This document shows, piece by piece, positions 27,690-37,590 of a DNA stretch of 64,000 nucleotides; within the stretch, counting starts at the first letter, position 1, and each line of letters begins with the position of its first letter. A model generated the notes under the pieces. The model searched no databases. It was not told the origin of the DNA and was given only the letters and a program-made list of their open reading frames with translations. The DNA is from Octopus sinensis (Eukaryota), in NCBI RefSeq assembly GCF_006345805.1, contig NC_043005.1, positions 50,530,001-50,594,000 on the forward strand, in the 5' to 3' direction. The position numbers and the translations under genes are program-made.

Positions 27690-28330
27690 ATCCCAAATCA
27701 AGATGTTAATTACCAGTTAAAGGAGCAAGACGCTAATAGAACCAATGATGATAATACAGAGGAAATATTATCATGGGCTACTATAGGTGATTGATTTTAG
27801 CAATATTGTTATATTGTATAAAAATAAAATTTAGGGTTATTAAGAAAAATATTATAACCAAAAAGAGAAATTTTGAATAATTTTGAATATATACCAAAAT
27901 TTTCAACAATAGAGAGAAAAAATTACATAGAATTAGTTTAATATTCATTCATATACTTAATTATTTACTTATTAGGTGGTATCTATGAAGACTGATCACT
28001 GGTATTTACTAAAGGAATACTGTGGTGATAGAACATACTAATTATATATCAATTATAATCTAAGAAGTATATTATAAGTTGTTAAGTTCCCGGTGCTATT
28101 ATATACAATCTAATATAAATTTTTAGGAGTACAAAATTAGGAGGTTTACTTACATAAAGGCTATTATTAAAAAAATATGATCAGAAGTGTGGAACACCAT
28201 AGAAAGGAATAAATAGTTTAATCACTAAAAGCCATGATGAAGTTGGACTAACTAGGCAGGAATATTCGTAGGATAGATAGTATACTAATTCTATGTAGCA
28301 CACTAACTTACTATACTATATAGCTTATAT
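27690..28330 (-). pseudogene. Possible highly decayed NUMT (atp6-like followed by cox3-like start)
   Basis: Frameshifted minus readings APGT..LM..FL.MID..ISMF and LLKILVYIQNY (ATP6-like), then HL..SPW...GSISVLLL.TG.LTSWF (COX3 N-terminus-like, TGA=Trp). Spacing is roughly as expected. By-eye only. Confidence 0.3.
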
Positions 28331-28392
28331 TGTATGCAATGTACTTAAATTCTTCATGTAACTGAATATCACCTGATTTATATATATATATA

Positions 28393-29040
28393 ATACTAGA
28401 GGGTAAGTATAATTAGATACAACACTGAAATTTTAAAAGACAGTTTCCATCAATCCAGTTCAAGCACAACACCTATAAAACTCTAATTTCGAAAATATTT
28501 AAATGTACAGGTGACACTATGTACGCATGATACCTTAGTTCTAATCTATTGTTAATCAGGTTGCTCTTGCTCTTATGCTTAAAAATCTCATATGTTTCCG
28601 TAGAGCACAGCTCACACGCGTATCTACTAATTCTATATGGCTGTGCTATCCCTATTATTTCCCATTCAAGGCTAAACTTGATACCGCTTTCCTTCAGTTC
28701 CTAAATCTTACTAGATAATGACTTACAATTAGCCTTATGTTTAAGTCTAAAAGAGGAAAAAGGATTATAAATAGGTTTTTCTTTTTCATATTAATCGAAC
28801 ATTCAATATACATATAGTTACCAGTTATAGTTATGAAAATTTTAATATTTGTAAAATAAACAGTCTGACGAACGAGAACGTGAAACTCTGAATAGCTGAT
28901 TTTTGCGATATTTTTGTAACGTTTTTGCAGCTTTAATAATAATAAAGCATAATACTCTACCTTCGGTATTCGAGTACTATTCTTTTCCACCTTATTTCAT
29001 ATTTAAATGCTTACATTAGCGTGCTAAAATAAGAATTAAT
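28393..29040 (-). mobile_element. 5'-truncated Penelope-like element (GIY-YIG remnant) with inverted HHR-bearing pLTR piece
   Basis: Minus 28857 to 28490 reads YIECSIN...SSFRLKHKANCKSLSSKI*ELKESG.KFSLEWEII..AQPY....ACELCSTETYEIFKH..K.NLINN, clearly homologous to ORF 34678-35136. A plus-strand HHR starts at 28858, and the 3' end abuts (TA)n. Confidence 0.85.
28858..28901 (+). ncRNA. Type I hammerhead ribozyme, family 2
   Basis: AAACAGT-CTGACGA-ACG AGAA CGT-GAAAC-TCTGA-ATA-GCTGATT. Core intact; G16.2 changed to A (AUA site). Confidence 0.75.
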
Positions 29041-29164
29041 TTTATCGTGGGTTGGGGGATTTAACTACTATTTCTAGGGTGTTGGAAAACCACTCAGTGA
29101 CTTTTCCCCTCGTGTATTATTTTTATACACATATTTATATATGTATATATACACACATACATAT

Positions 29165-29220
<56 letters not shown>

Positions 29221-29565
29221 GCAGGAGAGGCTGTGTGGTGAGAAGCTTGCTTATCTACCACATGGTTCTGGGTTCAGTCCCACTGCATGGCACATTGGGC
29301 AAGTGTCTTCTACTACAGCGTCGGGCCGACCAAAGCCTTCTGAGTGGATTTGGTAGACGGAAACTGAAAGAAGCCCGTCGTATATATATATATATTTTAT
29401 GTATCCCTGTGTGTCTGTGTTTGTCCCTCCGTCGTCGCTTGACGACCGATGTTGGTGTGTTTACGTCTCCGTAACCTAGCTGTTCGGCAAAAGACCCCGA
29501 TAGAATAAGTACTTTGTTCGACTAAAGGCGGTCCTTCAGCATGACCGCAGTCACATGACTGAAAG
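29221..29565 (+). mobile_element. SINE group B
   Basis: Group B head and tail present. Confidence 0.9.
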
Positions 29566-29713
29566 AATATATATACGCTTGAAAATTTATATATATATAT
29601 ATATATTATTATTATTATATATATTGTTGTATTTTGGAATGGTCATTTTGCCAGTTTAGCCAATAAAAACACACGCATTATATATTTGGTGTTACTTTGC
29701 TTCAGTGTTATTG

Positions 29714-29894
29714 AAACACACCAACATCGGTCGTCAAACGACGACGGAGGGACAAACACAGATACATAAAATATATATATACGACAGGCTTCTTTCAGTT
29801 TCCGTCTACCAAATCCACTCAGAAGGTTTTGGCCGGCCCGACGCTGTAGTAGAAGACACTTGCCCAATATGCTACGCAGTGGGACTGAACCCAG
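29714..29894 (-). mobile_element. Inverted partial copy of the adjacent SINE B
   Basis: Shares private substitutions with 29268-29462. Confidence 0.85.
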
Positions 29895-29916
29895 TATTAT
29901 AAACACACACACACAG

Positions 29917-29957
<41 letters not shown>

Positions 29958-30589
29958 ATATATATATATATATCTGTGTGTGTATGAATGCATCTAGGAA
30001 TATATGTAAAAGCGAGAGCGAGAGAGAGAATGGAGGAGAGAGAGCGAGAGAAGGAGAGAAAGGGAAAATAGTTTTAAAAATCGTAAATATTCTTATTTAA
30101 CACGTACATACATAGACAAGTATATTCATATTTACACACATACTCCTCTCTCACGCACACACACTGACACAAATATGTATGTATATACAAACACACACCA
30201 CACACACATATTCATATTCACACACACACACACCCACACACATAATTCCTCACGCATGTCTGTATGTGTATAGTTATGTCTGAGTAGTGTTCTGCTTCCA
30301 CTTGTCAAAACGTGTTAGTAAGACTGGGAAAGTATTATCGTTGGATGAATTTTGCTGAAAAGCTTTAAGGGACACGAGAAGCGTGATAATTTTTAGATCT
30401 CTGTGGAGTATGTTGGTAATTTCGACGATATAATTTACAAATATGGAAGGGTGGATCACGAATGAATTGCGAGAAGAAATTCGGAGCGGTATTAATGAAG
30501 AAATATCGAACCCGTTTGTTTTTGTTCTATTTTCTTTATTTCAGTATTTATTTATTCATAAGATAAATCTCATGTATTAAGAAGTATTG

Positions 30590-30790
30590 ATTTCAAAACT
30601 TGGTATAAGACGGTAAATTTTTATTAAGAGCACAATCGATTAAATCGACTGCAATACTTCTCTGGTATTATAATCTATCGGATCCTAAGTTTCGATAGAC
30701 AAAGACGACCTCGATGGAATCTGAAATCAGAGCGTAGTGTGTCGTAATTAAATATACCATAAGGCATTTTGTCCAAAAGTTTTACACTTC
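30590..30790 (-). mobile_element. SINE group A, diverged
   Basis: Reverse complement gives CTCTGATTTCAGATTCCATCGAGGTCGTCTTTG. Confidence 0.65.
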
Positions 30791-30953
30791 TATCAATCTA
30801 CCAGTTACTGTAATTTGTCATATAAAATAAATAGTAAGTAATGTTCATAGCCACTTCAACATGGCTGTTCTGTTCGAACGGACTTTACTGCCATTTTTTT
30901 TTAACCCAAGAGGACGTCTCTTCTAGCTGATTAATGATGCACACCTGCATCTG

Positions 30954-31102
30954 ATATATTGCGAGAAGGGGAGCGAACGCCTATCACCTTCTAGCAACAG
31001 GACCAGCATACCAGTCTGGTTTCGGACTATTTCTGTCTCTCTTCAGGACTGGACACCTCGTCAGCTAGAGATGATAGTAGCTCGCTTCTGCTCGCAATAT
31101 AT
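30954..31102 (-). ncRNA. Type I hammerhead ribozyme within a long imperfect stem I hairpin (core 31003-31052)
   Basis: Minus strand reads CCAGTC-CTGAAGA-GAGAC AGAAATA GTCC-GAAAC-CAGACTG-GTA-TGCTGG. The flanks pair (CTATCAT.TCTAGC/GCTAGA.GGTGATAG; ATATATTGCGAG/CTCGCAATATAT). Confidence 0.75.
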
Positions 31103-31112
31103 ATAAATTCAG

Positions 31113-31565
31113 GGCGGCGAGCTAGCGGAGTCATTAGCACGCCGACTTAGCGGTATTTCGTCTGCCGTTACGTTCTGAGTTCAAATTCCGCCGAGGTCGA
31201 CTTTGCCTTTCATCTTTTCGGGGTCGATTAAATAAGTACCAGTTACGTACTGGGGTCGATGTAATCAACTTAATCCGTTTGTCTGTCCTTGTTTGTCCCC
31301 TCTGTGTTTAGCCCCTTGTGGGTAGTAAAGAAATACATATTTTAAGGCGACGAGCTGGCAGAAACGTTAGCACGCCGGACGAAATCGAAATACTTAGCGG
31401 TATTTCGTCTATCTTTATGCTCTGAGTTCAAATTCTGCCGGGGTCGACTTTGCTTTTCATCTTTTCGAGGTCGATAAATTAAGTACCAACTGCATACTAG
31501 GGTCGATCTAATCGACTGGCCCTCTCCCCCAAACTTTCGGGCCTTGTGCCTAGAGTAGAAAGGAA
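31113..31565 (+). mobile_element. Two tandem SINE group A copies (31113-31334, 31346-31565)
   Basis: Near-consensus group A sequence in both copies. Confidence 0.93.
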
Positions 31566-32024
31566 TATATATATAAATTCAAGCGACACAGTCGCTGATT
31601 TTGCAACTAGCAAAAAAGCTAGTTCCAAAATCTCACTAAGAGATGTTGTTTCGAACATTTTACTTGCTAGTACAACTACTGTGTTCATCTCATAAAGAGA
31701 TTTTAGAACAAGTTTTTTTTTGCTTGTAACATAAATAGTACTTTCTATTTAATCTTTCGCTGAAAACAAGACTTTGTTTGGTTTAAAGAACTAGTACCTT
31801 TCATTTCTAATCTTTTTATTTGAGCAAAGAAACAGAAGGGGAAATATTTGGATTTTACCTTGTGAAGCGTAACTGAAATTAAAGAAAGATCTTGTTAGAG
31901 GGAGTGAGAGACCTGGTTACAAAGACTGTAGCACACGCTAATCCAAAGAACAAATATTTGGTGTCACTTGAGATCACGAAAACAGAAGCAGCTACGTATG
32001 TGTGTGTGTGTGCCTGTGCATTTG

Positions 32025-32465
32025 TTTGTATGTATGTATGCATGTATGTATGTGTGTATGTATGTATGTATGTATGTATGTATGTATGTATGTATGTATG
32101 TATGTATGTATGTATGCATGTATGTATGCATGTATGCATGTATGTATGTATGTATGTTTGTATGTATGTATGCATGTATGTATGTATGTATGTATGCATG
32201 TATGTATGTGTGTATGTATGTATGTATGTATGTATGTATGTATGTATGTATGTATGTATGTATGTATGTATGCATGTATGTATGCATGTATGCATGTATG
32301 TATGTATGTATGTTTGTATGTATGTATGCATGTATGTATGTATGTATGTATGCATGTATGTATGTGTGTATGTATGTATGCATGTATGTATGTATGCATG
32401 TATGTATGTATGTAAGTATGTATGTATGTATGTATGTATGTATGTATGTATGTATGTATGTATGT
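32025..32465. repeat. (TATG)n microsatellite with 156-bp higher-order period
   Basis: The variant TGTGTGTATG recurs at 32051, 32207 and 32363. Confidence 0.9.
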
Positions 32466-32604
32466 GACTGTGGTGTAAGAAGTTTGCTTCCCAACAACAT
32501 GGTTCCGGGTTCAGTCCCCTTTCGAGGCACTGTGGGTGAGTGTCTTCTACTGTAGTCCAGAATCAATTAAAGTCTTGTGAGTGGACGGAAACTGAAGGTG
32601 CATC

Positions 32605-32605
<1 letters not shown>
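32465..32605 (+). mobile_element. SINE group B head
   Basis: GACTGTGGTGTAAGAAGTTTGC...GGTTCCGGGTTCAGTCCC. Confidence 0.85.
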
Positions 32606-32661
<56 letters not shown>

Positions 32662-32704
32662 GTGTGTGTGTGTGTAGATAAATTTAAACTATATATAGAT
32701 CATC

Positions 32705-32748
32705 AAACTGTCCGACGAATAGGAACGTGAAACTCTGAGTAGCAGTTT
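32705..32748 (+). ncRNA. Type I hammerhead ribozyme, family 2
   Basis: AAACTGT-CCGACGA-ATAGGAACGT-GAAAC-TCTGA-GTA-GCAGTTT. Stem I is 7 bp and the GUA site is intact; U4C and a weakened stem II. The downstream flank is homologous to 28902-29030. Confidence 0.72.
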
Positions 32749-32850
32749 TTGTGATGTTGCACTTCAATTAATTAAGCATATTACACTACCTCCTATATTC
32801 GAGTACCTTGTTTCACAATTACGTGCTTACTTTGTGAGTGCATGTGTATG

Positions 32851-32929
<79 letters not shown>

Positions 32930-33076
32930 CAAAGCAATTAAGATTCAAGTAAATTCCAATGAATTTACTTGAATGTGGTACTTAACTTAGATGCACCAGA
33001 AAAAACTATATGGTGTTAACCATACAGTAATGTGGGGTGATTATAAACGAGAAAGAAGCAACAAGAATGGATTAGT

Positions 33077-33166
33077 TTTTAGTACAATTGTTTCATACAA
33101 GACAGGCTTTATTACAAGTTGCAAAAATTGCAGCAGATAAAAGTGTCCCGTACTCATCAGCTAAAA
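33077..33166 (-). ncRNA. Type I hammerhead ribozyme, family 1 (long stem II)
   Basis: TTTTAG-CTGATGA-GTACGGGACA...TGTCTTGTAT-GAAAC-AATT-GTA-CTAAAA. Stem I is 6 bp; stem II has 10 bp including G.U pairs plus an inner hairpin; palindromic loop. Confidence 0.85.
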
Positions 33167-33279
33167 TACATATGAGTTCTCTAGACATCTTAGTGGGTGA
33201 GGTTATACTCATGAAATATTGGAGATAATTCCATTAAAGGCAGATATAGGTTGTAAACAGTTTTCCAAAGTTCCTTAAT

Positions 33280-33484
33280 GATGATGCACAGTCTTATCAC
33301 AGATTTTTAAAAACTTATTAGTTTCGAAGAGAAGATGAATTAATCCATAGTGTAGATTTAAATTTCCAGAGATATGAGGAGGATGATGCACAGACTTATC
33401 ACAGGTTTTTGAAAACTTATTAGCTTCACAGAAAAGGTGAATTAATCCGTAGTGAAGATTTAAATTTCCAGCGGTAAGAGGAGG
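33280..33484. repeat. 102-bp tandem duplication (2 copies)
   Basis: GATGATGCACAG starts at 33280 and at 33382. Confidence 0.9.
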
Positions 33485-33639
33485 AATTTCATACTCACAG
33501 ATGATGTATTTAACCATTATTAATCCACAATCATTTCATGCTATATGATAAGGTAATTTGCCATATTACTGCTCTCCGTGCAAAACTGCTATGTTAAGAT
33601 TTCTAAAGGCTGAAGGAATTTATTTGTGGGGCAAAGAAA

Positions 33640-33870
33640 TAAAATAAAAGAAAAAGAAAAGAGACAAGGAAAAAAAAGAAAAAGAAAAAAGAAGAAGAAG
33701 AAAGAAAGAAGAAAGAGAAAGAAGAAAAGAAAAAGAAAAAGAAAAGAAAAAAAGAAAAAAGAAAGAGAAACGGGGGAGAATGATAGAAAAGAAAAAGAAA
33801 AAGAAAAAGAAAAAAAGAAAAAGGAAAAGAAAAAAAGAAAAAAGGGGAAGAGGGAGAAAAGAAAAGGCGC
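33640..33870. repeat. Purine-rich (GAAA/AAG) low-complexity tract
   Basis: Direct reading of the sequence. Confidence 0.9.
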
Positions 33871-34677
33871 CTATATAGAGTATACTGCGACAACTTAGCG
33901 GGAGGGGGTTCTAAAGTGACCAAATAGAGAAGAATTTGTAGACAACTTAGTTAGCTTGAATCTTTAAGAATTCAGGAACTATGAGGAGAAAATTTTTGAC
34001 CAGTAAACAGCTATTTACTATCAACCTGCCACGGATGAAAGCAGATATGAATCTAAAGAGAATTTAAAGAGATAAACAAGGTCAGGGGTAGAGGGGTCAA
34101 AATCTATCGTCAAAAGGAAATACATTAAGAGAAAAGATCTAAGTGCAACCTTAACCAGAGGTCATTTAAATTATTTATTTATTTATTCATGTTACTGTCT
34201 TAAAAATTGTTGCCGTTACTATCAATACATTAACGGACTACCAGTCAAAAGCTAGAATTTAATTAACAAGGTGTGATGGAATTGTCTATTTTATTGAAGT
34301 TTATCATACTACTTTCAAGGGAGTTTCTTCCCTTAATTAATTTTGTAATAGAATTGTTAAGCCTTAGTAACTTAATTTATTAAAGTAGTGTTACCTAAAC
34401 TAGATTAAGTTCTAAAATTAAAGATTTAAAATTAAGATTTAAGAATTAAATAAACTCTAAAAATTAAGATTTAAGAATTAAGAATTAAATAAACTTTCAT
34501 TTAAGCAATGTACGAGTACTATTTTATTTCCCAATGCTCAAAATCAGGTGTGTAGTTATAAAGAAAAGATAACTATAGTGTGAGAACTCGCAGTTATCTA
34601 CTTAAAAGTAATGTTATACTAGTAAAGACCGGTTATATTTATCTACCTATCTTGTTACGATTATTCTATACAGTTAT

Positions 34678-35136
34678 TCACTTAAAATATTTTAGAGTCT
34701 TCAATTTAGCGTGGACACAAACTTGTCCTACTTCAATATGGTTATTTAACAAGTTTCTATTTTTTCTATGCCTTAGAATTTCATAGGTCTCCATTGAGCA
34801 GAGTTGGCAACCAACCCTGCTATTTTTATACGGTATTGCTCTCCTAACTATTTCCCAATTAAGATTATAATTCTTGTTATTATTTTTGAGTTCCCAGATT
34901 TTACTTGAAAGTGTGGTGGTCCCAGCTTTATGACGTAATCTAAAAGATGAGATGTGATTTCTAACTCTTTTATTAAAATTTATTGTGCACCCGATGTAAA
35001 AAAAAATGTTATTCTCAGTAGATATGGTACATTTATAGATTACGTTATTTTCCCCGCAAAGACCGGGTGCCGGGCATCTTGACTTAATTCTACACTTACA
35101 CGCAGGAGGAACAACTTCGGAAGTTGGATTATTCAT
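34678..35136 (-). CDS. PLE GIY-YIG endonuclease with upstream Cys motif (element-encoded, detached from the upstream frame)
   Basis: CKCR...CPAPGLC...NVIYKCTI....YIGCTINFNKRVRNHISSFR....TTLSSKIWELK....LNWEIV...PY....CQLC..E.YEI: GIY-YIG hallmarks (VIY, YIG, R..NH, E). Confidence 0.9.
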   Translation of the reverse strand: MNNPTSEVVPPACKCRIKSRCPAPGLCGENNVIYKCTISTENNIFFYIGCTINFNKRVRNHISSFRLRHKAGTTTLSSKIWELKNNNKNYNLNWEIVRRAIPYKNSRVGCQLCSMETYEILRHRKNRNLLNNHIEVGQVCVHAKLKTLKYFK

Positions 35137-35294
35137 GGGTAGATGTCTTATGTTCCTATTATTTTGATTATCATGAGTATAATTATCCTTATTATTATTA
35201 TTATTTTTATAGTTGGTGCTGTTATCTAAAGCATTGTTATTATTTATTGATTCTATTGCTCCATCTTTTAGGTCTAAAGTCCTACCATGATTAT

Positions 35295-35882
35295 TTACGT
35301 TATAGTAATGTTACTATTATTGTTAGTATTATTATCAAACTGTATATTGCTGCTATAGATATCACTGATATTTTCCTTCTCCGCATTTTCTCTATTAGCC
35401 TTACTTCTATTATTAACATTTTTACTTCTATTAGTATCGGTATTATTACTACTCTTATTACTGCTAATATTATTATTAGTCGTTTTGTGGTTACTGATTC
35501 CATCCGTGTTTTGATAGTTACAATTGTTGTGTTTATTGTTGTTAGTATTGCTATAATTGTTATTGGTATTCATGTTGCTATTATTATTTTTATTTTCATC
35601 TTTCCTGGCTAGTTTAATGTTGTTATTAATCTTAGCTATTAAAGTGGACATATTTGGGAGGGTTGAATAAGAAATTCTAACTGTTTTCTTAGAAATAATT
35701 CTATGATATCTATGAGAGATTGGGAAATTTTTTTCTAGAATTACTTTGAATTTGCTCCGTATATCCGATTGAATCGCACAGTTGGAAGGAATATTCAGCC
35801 ATATTATATCTTTTTTATTTTTATTTCTATTAAATTTCCTTGAATTAGAATCAGGGTTCGTAGAATTATTATTATTATTCAT
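35295..35882 (-). pseudogene. PLE RT-thumb/linker fragment plus Asn-rich tract
   Basis: DIIWLNIP...FKVILEKNFP..HRYHRII...TVRISYSTLPNM matches the PLE IIWFNPP...HFP..H..HKIFN..T.K.SYS.MPN motif. A stop and a frameshift precede the EN ORF; the RT core is missing. Confidence 0.85.
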
Positions 35883-35903
35883 CTTATCAAAGTCATTGTA
35901 CTT

Positions 35904-35972
35904 ACTTTTATCTGCTGCAATTTTTGCAACTTGTAATAAAGCCTGTCTTTGTATGAAACAATTGTACTAAAA
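35904..35972 (+). ncRNA. 3' half of a family 1 hammerhead (lacks CUGAUGA)
   Basis: ...TGTCTTTGTAT-GAAAC-AATT-GTA-CTAAAA, truncated at the inversion junction. Confidence 0.7.
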
Positions 35973-36049
35973 ACTAATCCATTCTTGTTGCTTCTTTCTC
36001 GTTTATAATCACCCCACATTACTGTATGGTTAACACCATACAGTAGAGT

Positions 36050-36425
36050 ACGAAGAATTGGATTCTTCACGACGGCAATGCAACCTGTCCCCGAGCTCTC
36101 CTCTTTCGTAAGTTTCTCGCCAAAACGAACATGGTATCGCTTCCGACCCCGCCAGATTTATTCGCCAGATTTAGCACCAGCGGACTTCCATTTATTCCCC
36201 AAGATGAAAATGCAGCTCAAATGTCGCCGTTTTAACGCTGTTGTCGAGTTCTCGACTCGCTTACGGTAAACGACTTTCAGGCCGGATTCCAAAAGTGGCA
36301 AGATCGTTGGAGCCGATGTATTGCTGCGCAAGGTGACTATTTCGAATGAGATGTTGTTAAAACTTAGGTAAATAGTTATTTTTTTATTAAACATAACTAA
36401 TCTGGGAGCCTTTTGATGCCACCTT
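36050..36425 (+). mobile_element. Mariner transposase C-terminal fragment with right end
   Basis: WILHDGNA...FLAKTNMV...YSPDLAPADFHLFPKMKMQLK...FQKWQDRW.RCI.AQGDYFE. Confidence 0.9.
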
Positions 36426-36527
36426 GTTCACTTGCAGATTATTTGAAGCTGTTACAGGCAGAAATTACGGCTGTATGTCTAGTAACCATGTGGAGTTGCT
36501 ACAGTGTTGGATTTTTACAATGCACAC

Positions 36528-36928
36528 GCGTGGCTGTGTGGTAAGAAGTTTGCTTCCCAGCCACATGGTTCCGGGTTCGGTCCCACAGCGTGGCAAGTGA
36601 CTTCTAATATGGCCTTCAGCCAACCAAATTTTTGTGAGTGGATTTGGTCGACGGAAAGTGAAAGAAGCCCGTCGTATATGTGTGTGTGTGTGTGTGTGTG
36701 CATGCGTGCGTGTGTGGCTCTGTGTATATGTGTCTGTGTTTACCTCATCGCTTGAAACCAGTGTCGGTGTGCTTGCGTCCCCGTAAATAGCAGTTTGGCA
36801 AAATCGACTGATAGAATAAGTATCAGGCTTTAAAAAAATAAGTACTGGGGTCTATTCTTCTGACTGAATGTCTTCAAGACGGTGCCCCAACATGGCCAGA
36901 ATCTAATAACTGTAAAGGATAAAAAGAT
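36528..36928 (+). mobile_element. SINE group B
   Basis: Group B head and tail present. Confidence 0.9.
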
Positions 36929-37144
36929 AGATTGTCAATGCGAAGCTTTAACTGTGGGAACCTAGCTGTAACTGATTTTCTAACATGCTCCCAAACTGGA
37001 ATCAAGGCTAGAAGCAATAATGAATTGCTATTGAGAATGGATTTTTTGGATCACCCATTTCGGATAATTCATTTGGTTGATGGGACTAATCCAGGACTTA
37101 TCTTCATCAGCAGTCTCCATCTATTAGACTTTGCCTTTACAGGA

Positions 37145-37284
37145 TAGTCCATCATCATCACCATCGCCATCTTCGCTTGTTATCATTATCATCATCGTCG
37201 TCGTCACCATCACCACAACACCCATCAACATCAACCCCATCATCATCATCATCATCATCATCGTCGTCGTCGTCGTCGGCTTCG

Positions 37285-37319
<35 letters not shown>

Positions 37320-37590
37320 TTCAATACCGTCATCACCATCACCACCACTACCACTATCATCATCATCATCATCCCATCTACCTACTCCACAACCTCATCT
37401 ACCACCCCTTCCACCACCAGCATCATCATGATCACCACCATCATCACTAAAACAGCCACCACCACCACCACCACCATCATCATCACCGTCGCCGTCGTCA
37501 TCACCATCAGCAGCACCGCCACCGCCATCACCAGCAGCAGCATCACCACCACCACCACCACCACCTCTACTACCGCCAGCTCCATCATCA
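37145..37590. repeat. Compound (CAT)n/(CAC)n/(CGT)n trinucleotide tract
   Basis: Direct reading of the sequence. Confidence 0.9.

Larger units (their letters stand above)
32931..36045 (-). mobile_element. 5'-truncated Penelope-like element with 3' pLTR and inverted 5' pLTR fragment
   Basis: Minus-strand thumb/linker and GIY-YIG ORFs, an HHR-bearing pLTR at 32931-33290 ending at (TA)n, and the same pLTR inverted at 35904-36040. Confidence 0.85.

Noticed and set aside
28858-32748. Classical tandem retrozyme array
   Set aside because: The two same-strand family-2 HHRs are 3.8 kb apart with unrelated sequence between them.
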